The notes under the pieces: model-generated
What the model was told of the DNA's origin: nothing
Databases searched by the model: none
What the model saw: the letters and a program-made list of their open reading frames with translations, nothing else
Assembly (NCBI GenBank): GCA_028534125.1
Contig: CM052816.1
Location: forward strand, 53,198,001 to 53,262,000
Direction of reading: 5' to 3'
DNA from: Lama glama
Taxonomy: Eukaryota
Length of the DNA: 64,000 nt
Shown: piece by piece, positions 47,721-61,059 of the stretch
Layout: each line of letters begins with the position of its first letter
Numbering within the stretch: position 1 is the first letter of the stretch
Position numbers and translations under genes: made by a program

Positions 47721-50700
47721 CTGAGAGATTGAATGAGGAAAGAAAGATATTAACTGCTATCAGTTGAAGAGCCCATAATGTTTTCAGAAGGCTCTTGGAT
47801 TAAAAAATATGAAAATACCTGCTTATATTCCTGGTTGCCTGGCATTTGCACACCCTGGGAGCCAGTGAGAGGTGGATCTAGGCTCTCTTGCCAGGAAGAG
47901 GTTATCTCTGCCATGGACTTTGGATGAAAGAAGAGGGAGGTCCCACAGAGAGGGAATCATCTCAGTGTTTTTGCCAGGCAGAGAAGGTGGGGAAGAGTAT
48001 TCCCTACAGAGGGAACAGCCTGAGCAAAGACGAGGAGGCAGGAACAGGGTTGGCTTTGGGGGAATGACAAGCTGCCCGAGCAGCTGGAGTCGAAGACATG
48101 CTGGAGAAGTTGGGGGAGATGCAGTTGGAAAGATGGGCTGGTAGACAGTACAAACGGCCTTGTACGGCATCCCAAGGAGTCTAGACTCTAGACCATAGGT
48201 GCTGGGGAAACATCAACAGTTTTTAATGAACTGATTAATGTGACTAGCTCAGTGTTTCCGAAAGATAATTCTGGTAGAGTGGAATAAGAGTTGGAGCAAG
48301 GTTCTCAAGCATAGGTCCACGGATGAATACCACGTGGCAAAGCTTTCATTGGCTCAAGGAAATACGGTGGGAATTTTTTTTCCCATATAATCAAATGTAT
48401 TCAATTTAAAGAGTTATCCTTTGCTCGGAAATAGTGGCCCTAAACCCTGGGAAACCATTAAATATCCAGCAAGCTTTTAAAAAATTATGAATGTTAGTGT
48501 CAAATCCACATATATTCTAGTTTAATTGGTTTCGGGTAGGGCACGGGCAATTTTTTTGGATTCCTCTACTGATTTTTATTTTCAGTTTTCTTGGGAATCA
48601 CCATTGTAAGAGAGCAGAAGAATTTTCCTTTTATAAGATGATAGTGAGGCTTGGATGGTGTTTTGTTTTTGTCAAGAGAAGTAATTGGGCAAAGCAAGAA
48701 ATCAGCAGTCCTATACTGGACCTCTAAAATTTATTTTGAAATTTCAGAGGCCCTTTAATAAAAAAGAAGAGAAAAATGAAATTTCAGAGGCCCATAAAAT
48801 CCCAAGGTCTGAGAGCAACTAAATTAGAGGCTAGGAAATCATTAGGACACAGGTGTGTTTCTGGCAATCCTTTCCATTTCTATTTTTGGTTTCCTCTCAT
48901 CACAAAACTCTGAGTCTTCATCCTTTAACCAGTAATATGCTGTGACCCGTCCCTATGACAATGACAAAACCTATACTAATTAATTATACTTATTTTATGA
49001 CTTTAAACTCTCCATTATATTTTTATTTTAGCATCATAGAAGCTAAGTGGTACCAAGTTATTTGTGTATGTATGTCCATACCCCAGATATATACGTACAG
49101 AGCATAGTTAGATATTATAGATATTGCCCATGTACAGTTACTTGAGAAATGCAAGTGTTTGGAATTCCACAGTAAATTCTAAAAGATCAAGTGAAATTTT
49201 ACAGTATTTCTTCAGTGGGATAACAAACTTGCAAGACAATCATTTGGTTACAAAATATGATCTGAACTAATGTGGAGATATTTATAATTGAACCCCATTT
49301 AGTGTGGGTAGTCATATATTTTGATGCAAAAAAGGCATTAATGTGTTTGATGGGGGTGGTAAGGGAGCACTTCAGACCCTAACGAGTGTGTTATGTAATT
49401 TACAGCATATGTATATATTAACTTTCTAAAATTCCCTCAAATTCTGGATTCTAAGACACATTTGGTCCCAAAAGGGCTTAGACAAGGGATTGTAGACCTA
49501 TAGCATGACCCCTCCCCCCTTCTTCACTGCTTTCAGCATTAAAAAATGAAGTCCAGACACAAGTCCTCCAAACAAGTTTTGGGGTGCAATCCAGCTGGCA
49601 GGGAAACTTTAGGGTCTGTATTAGTGCTAGTTTTTCTGCAGAAAAGCACCTGCAGAAACAAGTTCATTTGCAAAAAATAGCATGTAACTGACCACTGCTC
49701 TTTTAGAGCATAAATGTTTTAAAACCCCTTTCACCCCCGAAAAAGACTAAATCCATCCGCGGTCCTATGAGATGGTTCTGTGAAGATGCATTACAGGCAG
49801 GAGCTTTGTCTTTCCTGATGCATCCTGTAGTCCACTGTGGTTGACAGAGTTTGAACTAGGCACTGGTAGAGTTGAATGTATGGGATTTCAGTCTGCAGCA
49901 GCAAGAATTAAATCTAATGACTCAGCATCATGGAGTTTTCATTAATTCTTGAAAAGCATGGAGCTCCCAGAAGAAAAATGAGAGCAAATGCTCAATACAT
50001 CTAAGTAAGTTTAAAATATTTGAGACACAGATGGCCAAGAGTTCAAACATGCTGTTTCTGCATCAATAAATATCAAACAAAAATCAGTATCAGAGCAGTT
50101 TCTCTTGAGCTCCTCTAATGTATAGCTTTAAAAAAGAAAATGGAAAAAAAAAAGAAAATATGACTAACAAAATTGAAACTGGCAGTTAAACAAGTCGTAT
50201 CTTGTCTCCATGGCAGAGTTTGGGTAAAGGTAGATTATTGTCAATGTCAAGTTGGCCCCAGAAATATTTTATTCTGAATTCAACCCAGCAAGCAGATATA
50301 TTTGATACAAATATAGATATATTTGAAACAAACCATAGATATATTTGAAGTCTTTGCTCTTAGGTCTTATTTATTCTATTGTATTCCTTCCACCGCTTTA
50401 ATGCAATGCATCTGAAAGTGGGGTTCCCCTTGCCATCAATTGAGGACGATTATTATAATATGCAGATTCCTGGACCCCCTCACAAACTTAATGAAACCAA
50501 ATCTCAGTCAGTGGAGCCTGAGAGTCTATAATTTTTAATTAGCTCCAATGGTGAAACTAAAACTTGAGAACCATTGTTGGTTTAGCTTCCCAAGCCTACT
50601 AATTTCATTTTTAAGGGTAGAACACAGTATTATCTCTCCTTTTGTTTAGAGACATAAAGTTGTGTACATTTGCTGGGCTTCACAGTGTGACTACAGCTCT

Positions 50701-51445
50701 TTTACTTTGAGTACATTTTAAAGATGGTGTGATTTGAACACATGTCTGTATTTCTCTAACAGAAATTAAGTAATACAACCAAGAATATTATCGAAAGAAG
50801 AAATAACTCAGCCACGTTAATAATAACAATAGTTAATACTTTGTAGTGTTTAACATATGCCAGGCACTATTTTAAACACTTTACATATAATTTATTTAGT
50901 CCTCATAACAGCTTTATGAGGTAGATGTCAATATTACCTTAGTTTTATAGACGAGGAAATGGAGTCCCAGAGAAACTAAGTAACTTCCCCTAGGCCACAC
51001 AACCTAGTGACTTCGGAGGTGGACAGCTGCTGGTGATGGCAAGGTCTGGGCGTGGGTTGCTGAGGTGTGAATGGAGGAGTTTGTTGGAGATGAGGAGGAG
51101 ATCAAGGCACTAGTAGGATGAGTGCTGGATGGATCATGTGTATGGATGTTGAAGCTACTGAGAGGTGAAGGAGGGAGGAAGGGGCAGAGAAGCAGCAGCG
51201 AGCCAGGTTCTAGACTCCTTGAGTGAGGGGCGGGGAACAAGAGGTAGATATAGGTGACAGCAACAAGGAGGGCCACTGTGCTCACCCAACATGTGCATCT
51301 ATACTGACATCCCTAGCAGTGCCCAGCAAGCAATAATAAATATTTGGAAACCGTGGCATGAATGTATGTATTTGACGGCATGATCCTAGACTTGGGTCAA
51401 CATAGTGGTCTTTTACAAGAGCTTAGAATAGAGCTATGCACCAAC

Positions 51446-51578
51446 CTGCTTCTGGGTGTTCCACTACAGCTTCTGGCGTCCAGGGCCCTGCCTTCACATA
51501 GCCCCTTTTCTCCAGTGCAAACACAAACCCTCCATCCCCGATCACAACCTCTCCGGAGTTTAATCGTTCTAAGATGCC
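51446..51578 (-). CDS. BHMT: BHMT exon 2 ([44 protein letters not shown])
   Basis: TTTTAG acceptor, CAG|GTTGGT donor, 133 nt, translated by hand. Confidence 0.97.
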
Positions 51579-51799
51579 CTAAAATTACAGACGAGGCGGG
51601 AAGAAAACGAGTTACTTGAGTATTTAATACAGTTTTCTACTTAGTACTTTTGCTGTCATATTCTTGAGAAATATGATTTCTTCAGAATTCTCAGAAAATA
51701 CAGATATATATTATACCGAAGTTCGTGACTATCGATAAGGCAAACCACAAACATGCTCATAGAAAGAAAATCCGTGTATGTGTCAAGGGTGGGAGTCTT

Positions 51800-52025
51800 T
51801 CAGAAATAGACTCACAGACATAAAACACAGACTGTGGTTATCAGGGGGAAAGATGTGGGAGGATAGATTAGGAGTTTGGGATTAACAGATACACACTACT
51901 ATATACGAAATAGATAAACAGCAAGGACCTACTGTGTAGCACAGGGAACTATATTCAGTTTCTTGTAATGAGCTGTAATGGAAAAGAATCTGAACATGTG
52001 TGTGTGTATATATATATATGTAATA
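51800..52025 (+). mobile_element. L1 3' fragment
   Basis: cagaaatagactcacagacata...gcacagggaactatattc. Confidence 0.8.
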
Positions 52026-55000
52026 AAAAGAGAAGATTTTGTTGTAAAGCCTCAAGTGAATGCTTAAAGCACATATGCTGAAAATGATGAATGATAGTTT
52101 TTCTTCTTATTCTATCAATAAACTAAAGAGGATTAAATTTTATAGAGAAATTGAAGTGGCATATAACGCTATTAAGGCATTTTGGAGACTGAAAAGTCAA
52201 AAGATACTTGGTGAAGACAGAAGAGAGAAAAGATGCTACCACAGAGAGGTCAGGTCACTTAAAGACTTCTGTCTTTTGAGTTAAAATTCAGTTTCCACAA
52301 TAGCAGCTGTGTTATGCTGTCCAGGGAGTCATGAGTATACACAGCCATGACACAGCCTGTCACCTTCTGTCTCCTTTCTCAGGAAAAAAAAAATGAGAGA
52401 GGACCAGAACAGTGAAGAGATAGGTAAATAATTTATTTAAATGTTTGTAAACTGATTTCCAGCCCAATCCCCATGCCTATTCCTTTCACAGTACTATGCA
52501 ATAATTACCCTGGTATTAATAGATAAATTTGGAACTTAATATTTTTAAAGGGCTTTGTGAACTAGAAAGTAATTTTCTAGTGTAACCATTTATTTTATTT
52601 AAAAAATGTTTTTTTGTTGAAGTGTAGTTGATTTACAATGTTGTGTTAGTTTCAGGTGTATAGCAAAGTGGTTCAGTTATACATACATATTAACCTTTTA
52701 TTTTTTAATTTCAAAGAATAGAATTTAAAAAGAAAAGGTACCCTACATTCAGTTTAGGTCACTTTCTATTTATAAATAAAGAATTAAGGCCCAGAGTCTC
52801 TGGGTAGTTTACACAAGGTCTCCCGATTTGGTGTATAGGGCCTCCTGATTTCTTTTATCCTTAAATGGTGTCTAGAGTTGATTTTAAATGGGAGTGGGGA
52901 GAGTGGGACAGCCCTGAAAAGACTGTGTGCAGTAATAACTTGGAATGTACTTACCCAGTTTGTTCCATTTATTGCCAATAATGATTGATAAAACAAATGC
53001 TTACATAACAACAAGGATTACAACATTTGTAAGAGGCATTCATAGGTTTTGCATCTTAAGTCCTGACCACCTTCTGCTCCTCCCCATGCCATTTTGACAG
53101 CTGGTGCTCAGAGAAAAAAAAAACTGACATTTTTACTTTAAAGCAGCAGAATAGGAGGCTTATGATATATGTTCCTGAATAGCCCTTCCAGGTAGAAAAA
53201 CATTCAGGCATAGAAGTCCATGAGATGATAACTACAAAAATATAGAGTTGATCACATGTAATTTTGAAATCCACATAACTGTCATGATTACTTACAATGT
53301 GTCAAAATGCCACATCTTAAAACTACAACTTTGATTTATTATGACCTAATTGACAAGAAAAAGAGCTATACTGCTGGTCAGTGCAGCTGGATAAAAAACA
53401 TGAACAACAGTCAAGTAGATGAGGTATGACTTGCTGCTCACTTTCCCTTGGGTGAAATAATTCATGACATTTTGTTCAGTCACTTAGCAACTCTCATTGG
53501 ACTTTTGTGTGTTTTTTTCAAACTTTAGTACCACAACATTTTAATGTACAGCATAGCTAAGAATCTGATATTTGGTGGCAGAGTAGTAAGTGGTGATTCA
53601 GTTACCATGCTGTACATTAATTTATTGAACAAGTACATCTGGAAAAACACTTAGATTATACTGCAGTTTTAAATTACCTGAACTTCAGACTTTTCTGTTC
53701 CTAGCTAAGTGGCTTTTTAAAAAGTGGAATGTGCTATGAAAAAATGATCAAGATATTATTTGTGGAAAAGTATTACAAAGCAACATGTATAATATCACAC
53801 CATTTTTTGTTTAAAAAGCACATATTTGCCTAGACAGTAAACTAGCATATACATCAAAATGTAGCAGATATTATTCTTAGTGTTTTTTCCTAATTGTTAA
53901 CAATGAACATGTATTCATTTTGTAACACATTTTAATTTTAAACTCAAAAGTACAGAATATTATTGTCCAAATTTTATTAATGACATAGGCATGGAAACAA
54001 GGTTACTGAAGAAACTTTCTCCCCCCCCCCGCATCCTATGTCCACCTGTTGCTAAAATAATTCTTAAAAATGTTTCATTTTCTGAGTTTGAGTATGGGGA
54101 GTGGATTAGAATCCATGACTATGTGAATGGAGCCAAATAAAAAAATTTAAATATCTACAGGAATCATCCTTTCCAATCTACATCAGCTATTCTTTTAGTA
54201 GACTATGGATTGGCCAAAATTCTCAACCTAATTGAGCAGCTTGTAACTGATTGCCTTCTCAACATCGTAAGGCCATGGAATGCGTAGCATTTAAAAATTT
54301 TAATTTAATTAATATTTTGTTGTATGGAGGTCTTTTTTAAACTGACACGCGGGAATCCCTTTAGAAACCAGGTGCAGTCTATTTCTAAAGGCAATGAATT
54401 TGGGAGGTGGACCGGCCTTCCAGGTCCTTATAGCCGCAGGGACACAGTTGGCCTGGCCCGGGCTCCTTTCCTGCCATTCTCTGGGCCTCCGTCCGCCAGG
54501 CCTGAGACTGGGCGCTTGACACCCAAGGGTCAAGCATATTATTTCCTCCCTCCATCCGTCTCTTCCCTTCTTCCTAACCGTAGTCCTACTGTCAGTGAAC
54601 CCCTCCATCGCCCCACCCTCCACCCCTACCCCGACCCCCACCACTAGACGAGGGCCCAATGTCTGGAATGAAACACTTGTCCTAAGGGGAGGGTGGGCTT
54701 GTTACTGGACTTTAGTTTTTAAAACGTATTAACAGCCCTTAATATCTTACAGCCATTGTGTTTGTTTTTTCTTAAACTGTCTTTTCGAGGCCTGCACAGT
54801 GCGTTTTTCTGTGATCTCGGAAACCAAACTGCGGGTGAAAACTTACCATCGGACAACCAATGCCAGAGTCTTAGGGCTGCGGCGGGGCGGGCTGGCGGGC
54901 GCAACCAGAACCCTGCAGGGAGGCGACCCCGAGACCCCGGGCACCCGGCAAGGCGCGTGCGGAAACGGTTGGAACCTTGGCGCGTGCGGGACGCCAAGGG

Positions 55001-55424
55001 GCGCGCGCGGCGGCGCGGGCACAGACCCGGAGGAGCTTGGGCACACCACACCGCAGGGCGACCCTGGGTCCCACCGCGTCGGGAGGGAAGTCGCATCTGT
55101 GGGTCTAGGAGCTGCATCTTGGGGGAGTGCTCTTGGAGTTCAGGACTCAGAAAATGATGGGAGTCCCGGAGTTTTGGGGACGCCCTGGAGTCGGGGGTCA
55201 CACAGCTTCAGGGGGCGCTCTGGTAAGGGGACTCTCTGGACCTGGGGCATGAGTGGGAGCTCAGAGGCACCTTGGGGTCCTGCAGCAGAAGTTCTAGGGG
55301 TCCTCTGGTCACAGCCGGGCTCCAAGGGCCTCTGAGCTCTCGGAGGCTGATATGTGGGCTGGTAGGTCGAAACCCAGAGCCTCAGCCGGGATGGAGAGTG
55401 CCGTTGAGTCCCCTGCAGACTCAC

Positions 55425-55457
55425 CTTTTTGGCCTTTTTGCCCCCAGTCGGTACCAT
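55425..55457 (-). CDS. BHMT: BHMT coding exon 1 (MVPTGGKKAKK)
   Basis: ATG at 55457-55455 in context GCCACGAAGATGG; 33 nt; donor AAG|GTGAGT; matches the known BHMT N-terminus. Confidence 0.97.
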
Positions 55458-55557
55458 CTTCGTGGCGTCCGGACGGTACTTAACAAGGATGCGGACTGAC
55501 GAGGCGAGCGTTTCCCCCTGTGAAGCTCGTAGTTGCCCGGCCGAAGTAGCCGGGCTC

Positions 55558-55563
55558 TTTATA
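55558..55563 (-). promoter_or_regulatory. BHMT: TATA box (TATAAA) of BHMT
   Basis: GGGTATAAAGAG on the minus strand ~100 nt upstream of the ATG, implying a TSS near 55530. Confidence 0.8.
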
Positions 55564-56239
55564 CCCAGTGCTAGCGCGGGGTAGGTTTCCCCATCCTCGG
55601 CGCGGTCCAACGCGGACCTCTGTCGGGGAACACGCCCACCAGCCCTTTATCCAAGCATGCAGCTCTTGGGAACCTGCCTGCAGAGGACGAGATCGAGATA
55701 GTTCTCCCAAATGGGTGAAACTATCAGGGAGTAAAATTAAAATAATAATGAGGTTGCACTCGCTCAGGTTTCAGACCTACCTGTGCCCGGCCCCTCTTTT
55801 CCTCTCGCGGGTCGCTGACCTTGATTCACTTCTCTCATGCCTGGGGTCATGTACCATTACCTGCTTAAGTCGGCAGGCCAGGTCCCTGAGAATTTCATCC
55901 AATGGGCAAATATTTGTCAAAGGCCAAAGATACAAGAGTGTTGAATGAGGAGCTGGTGCCCTGGAAGAATTTCAGCCTAAAGTGTGATCTCCTGTGTGAT
56001 ATACAGCCACTGGGTATGTATCTGAACAAAATATGGCGTTTACGAAAGGGTCCATCCAATACTAACCTCACATTAGAGCGTACGTTCAAAATAAACTTCT
56101 CCCTTATATCCAAACATACCTTGCAGTTTCTAGTATCTTTGCAATATCCAACAAGGACAAACATTTAACATTTATATATGACAGTGAAGATGTATTTTAG
56201 AGACTTCAAAATTCAGCGTGAAAACTATGTATAAAAACG

Positions 56240-56420
56240 CATAGGTAAACAAGTTTCTACTGTATAGCACAGGGAACTATATTCAATATCTTGTAGTAAC
56301 CTATAATGAAAAAGAATGTGTAAAGGAATAAATGTATGTATACGGAAGACTAAAACATTATGCTGCACACCAGAAATTGACACATTGTAAACTAACTATA
56401 CTTCAATTAAAAAAAAAAAA
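56240..56420 (+). mobile_element. Young L1 3' end with polyA tail
   Basis: ctgtatagcacagggaactatattcaatatctt...aattaaaaaaaaaaaa. Confidence 0.8.
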
Positions 56421-58769
56421 ACCCACCACCACCACCAAATAGGCATTAGAGAAACTGGAAGGAAATAGAAATGTTAATGGTCGTTATCTGTCAATAATAG
56501 AGTTAGGTCTTGCTTTTATTTTATTCATGATGTTTTACTGTATTTTCCAAAATACCTTTATGAGAACAGATTAACTTTAAAATAATGAAAACATTACTTT
56601 ACAAAATGTAAAACATGACAGTAAATAGCCTAAGAACAACTAAGAGGTCTGCAATAGAGTTCAGAATCTTTTAACCAAATACATAAAAGCACACTAGGAA
56701 ATTTTGTATGCGTAACAATAGCCTCTATTTCAACAAATGCAAAAAAGAAAATTACTGCAGCAAGTGATGAATTAATACAAATTGAATTGCTAAAATTATA
56801 TACACTTGAGATAAAACTGAGAGAATAGAAAAGTCCCTTTGCTTCAGATAATTGTCAAGTTGGAAATGGAAAAAAAAAAGGGAAGGATGATGGGTGCATA
56901 TATTAATTAAAATGATCTATTATTTCACCTGTCCAGCAAGAATGAGGCATGAGGTACTGTAGGCATGCTTCACAGTGCTTAGATTTTTGACCGTGAAAGC
57001 GTTGGAGTATCTTGAGTAGGCAACAGTTCAGTTACTTAATGCGTTAACTGCTTATAGTATTAACCTGGTAAGTCATAGTGAGAACAGGTTCAAACTGAGC
57101 CCTGCTATTGCTGCAGACAGCAGTTGCAGTGGTGGGTGCCAAGCGCTAGGGGGCGGTATCAGGGCTCCGACAGTAAGAACTGAAAGCAGACGTTATCGAT
57201 TTCACAGTTTGTCCGAATTCAGCAAAACTTAGGAGAGAATTTAAACTAGCAGCATTTAATTTAAAAATGAATTGCTACTTTTTTAGTAGATAATATAGAC
57301 ACATGGCAAGCATTTAAAAAGTCTTTCCCCAGCTGTTGTTGCCAGGTCAAGTACTCCCTGGTGGGTAACCCCGACTGTTAACGGTTCTTCCAGAACGCCA
57401 TGCATATTTAAGTGTATACATGTATAAATAACGATTTGTATTTAAATGTGTGGAACTTAATTTATTTAGACATTTATCCACCTCCACTTTTTCTAAGATG
57501 ATTAATAGGCAGCTGTTGAAATAATTTTGTTTTTCCTCAGCTTCTCAGTTTGTGCTCCCTCTCCCCCACCTCAATTGGGTCCCTTAAAAAAATTCCTGCA
57601 CCTCCTAGTCCCATAATAAACGATAATATCCACAGCTCACTGAGCGCTTACTGTGTGCCAGGCGCTACAGTAAGCCTTTTACATCCACAATATGATTTAC
57701 TCCTCACAGTTCTCTGAGGTAGACACCCCCTCTTTGTCCTCAAGAACCATGAAGTCAGGGAGATAGAAGAGTCATCAGCATGACCTTGAAGCTCCTGTGT
57801 CTCAGTCACAAAGTCCAAATTAACCGTTCTTGGGAGTCTGCCCATGTTCTCTGCCCTCTGCTAGAGCAATGAGATGAGGGTCATCATGCTGAAGTCTTTG
57901 GCCTCCTACAAAGATGATTGGGGTTAAAAATAAATCCTGAAGGGAAAGAGGAGTATTAGAGCTGGAAGTCCACTCCTTCAGTTTTCTAACCTCAAAAAGA
58001 GAGGTTACGGTTCTGTCTCCAGCTAGTGCTCGGTCTGCTTAAACCCCATTTATTCATTCAGCAAACACTTAAGGCCCACTCATGCAATGTTCAAACACCA
58101 TGCTTGTTGCTGGAGGTCTAGGGTATTTCCTTTTTCCCAAGGGTGAAATAGACACCACCTCATGTAAGAATTTAAATGTCCCCTTTATCAATGTATTGAT
58201 GAAAAAACTGTCAGGACTTTACGTTTTCTGTTCAATTGATCATCTTTAAAATGAAAGTGGCTTTCCATAGATCTTTTTAGACTAAAAATGTTTCATTTAG
58301 CCTTTAAACCATTGAACATGTTTTATGTTTTATGTTTTAACATCATGTAGAACAGAGTTTGCAAACTGGCGACATGCAAATGGGGCCAACTTTTGTGTTT
58401 CCTTTGGCAAGGCCAGTGTTTTTAAAAAATTGAACGTGAATTCCTTTATGTGGTGCCTTCCTGTTTGTCTGCCCCACACCCAGTTATTGTACACTTGTTT
58501 GGTTCATGTGAATTTTCAACCTCTGTTGTAAATAGAAGGTATATTTGGGATTATCAAATATATGTGAGATGTCCTTTGGTCTGAGTTCTCCCCAAAAGCC
58601 CCCAAACTGAAAGTTTCGCTTTCCTTATATTTTTCTGTTGCCACTAATCCGTTATTTTTTATTGCCACTCTGTGGGATCGTAATAAGGGAATGGTAGGGA
58701 TGGGCTTCCCACCTAAAACCCTGTTCCCTGAGTGTGCAGACTTTCCTCATTTTATCTCTTCTGGTAGTG

Positions 58770-58998
58770 CAGCCAACCCTAGAATAACTTGGGGGTTGGG
58801 GGAGCCAACCCTCTGCGCAGCTGAATATCCACCTGTCATTTATAATCAGTCCTCCTTATCAGCAGTTCCTCTACATCCAGGGTTCAGCATCCTCAGATTC
58901 AACCATCTGGGAATCCCGTATTACTGCAATATTTACTATGGGGAAAAAATCTGGGTGTAAGTGGGCATTTCAGACCCACGTTGCTCAAGGGTCAACTG
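58770..58998. mobile_element. MER8-like Tigger MITE
   Basis: Degenerate TIRs cagccaaccct.../...caagggtcaactg followed by TA. Confidence 0.75.
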
Positions 58999-61059
58999 TA
59001 CTTCCTTCCCTCTGTACCCTGCAATGGCCTTCTTCAACACTATCCCAACACACCAGGCACATCACACAATTACTCCCCTTTTAAGGGCCTTGGTTACTTA
59101 TGTAAAATTCAAGTTGAAGCCAGGTGACTTTTTTTTTTTTTTTTTTGCCATCGGCTTAGCATACATTTAGAGCAAAACCTAGCCTTTTTTGCCTTCCGCT
59201 TGCAGTCAGCAAGCCCTTCCTTAGGCTGGCTGGAAGGGTGCCTCTGGCTCCACTTCCTGCCTTCAACTTCTTCCCCTGTGTTCCTGGAGAAATAGCAAGT
59301 TTAAATGTTGGCTGGACTGTTCAGAGCTTCTTTCTACCACAGGAAAAATGCTCCTCTCAGAGCTCTCAGATCTGCCAGTTTGTACAGTCTCCTGGCTTCC
59401 CCAGAAAAGTCCCCTAGCCAAGGTTCCTGGGAATTCTGGACACACCCAGCCTTCCAGACCATCCGCCCCGCGTGGTAATTGTTTCCCAAGTTCTCTTTCT
59501 AGCTCTGAAATTTTCTCTCCTCTCTTGCCTCTTCTTTAATGCTTTCTAACAGGATAATTAGCCTGCCTTTTTGCTGCTTTTCTTTAAAAACAAAAAAACA
59601 AACTATGAGCACTTACTATGTGGAATTAGCTGTGCTAAGTGCTTCACAGGCATTATGTAATCTTCACAGTAGCCCTAGGACGCATCTGCTTTGCCATCCC
59701 CATTTTACTGATGACAACACTGAGGTGCACAGATTAAAGGGGAGCTTTCCCAAGATGCCGTTAACAGTAAGCACAGAGCTGAGAGGAGGACTCAGCTCAG
59801 CCTGAATGAAGTCAGAGATTACACTCTTTAGATTGACTCTATTCTCTCTAGTCTTCCTTTGCAGTAAACTACTTTTCTAAAAAAAACTTCCCAAACTTTT
59901 TACAACCTCATTCAACTCGTGGCCTCTCCCACTTACCTGGCCCAACACAAAGGACCCTTCTCCTGCTCAGAAGTTCAGATTCACCGGACGTACAACTTGT
60001 TACTGATGGAAAACGGTCTGCCCCGTCCTGGGCATCATCCATTTGATGGCTCTTGGATTGCATGTAACCCCTGGGTTGTCCGGTCATGCTGAAGCTTTGT
60101 TTTAAATGGGTACTGGGAAAAAAAGCCCTAATCTCCTGGGATCACCAGTCAAGCCACGGTTTCCTTTATCTTTGTGAGCTGCTGAAAGATGACTCAGACA
60201 TCGTTTGCTTCTTTGAGTGGGAAAAGGTGGAGTAGAGGCTAAAGATACTCCTTCCCGGGGGGCTGGCGTGTGACGTCTGTGTGGTCCATCAGCTCCCACA
60301 CGCAGCTCCTGATTTGGGGAGCTGTACCCCAGGGGTGACCCCATGTCCTGGTCTAGAACCTTCAGGGGAAATACATACCAGGTTGGTTGGTATGCGGTGC
60401 AAGAAGGGAGAAGTGGAGACATAAAGAAAATATCAGTGGCAACTCGGAGAAAATCTGGTCATGGTGGTGTCAGCCCTGGAAGGATTGGACACGAGTGCCC
60501 TGCTGAGTGGCTTCCATTTGATGGGACACTCAGTACTGGACTGTAACCAAAGATTCCCCTCCTTTCTGTTTTTCTTCCCTCACAAAAAAGCCATTTTTCC
60601 ATCTTCTCATTTCTGTTTCCTATTGGTCTGCACATCATTGTTTTACTAGCCAGCTGCATCCAAAGATGACTTGGTAAGGGCTTTTACCTGGGTGATAATG
60701 GTAGAAATCTGTCCATATAAAGCATTTCTCTGGGGTGTGCTGGCACATGACTTAAGTCTACTTTAAGATCATTACCAGTGCACAGCCCTCAGTTAAGTTA
60801 GAAAAGTAATAACACATTTCTAAGTAGTAAAATTGTCATCACCCACCAGCTTCGGAACCTCAGGAATATAGGGACATACATGGTTTTCAAGTTAATATGT
60901 GCAGATGATGATAACCCCAAAGAGTAAAACAAAGGATACATAAAAAATAAGGTTCCCTCTAACTTCCAGTTCCCTAGTTTCAGCTGTTTTTGGTATTTAT
61001 AACTACCCAACTTAAAGAATTTCTTACAGAAGTGGACACCCTCAGAAACCAGCTTCCAG

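Larger units (their letters stand above)
54780..55830. promoter_or_regulatory. BHMT: CpG island spanning the BHMT promoter, exon 1 and the start of intron 1
   Basis: Visibly GC- and CpG-dense against an AT-rich background; GC boxes present. Confidence 0.9.

Noticed and set aside
39347..55457. Possibility that the gene is BHMT2
   Set aside because: It has the [11 protein letters not shown] segment, GGFVFA/GPW motifs and the long C-terminal exon 8 tail (407 aa), all characteristic of BHMT.
54719..55610. Long overlapping ORFs (133-178 aa) around exon 1
   Set aside because: By-products of the GC-rich CpG island; low-complexity R/G/P sequence with no recognisable domain.
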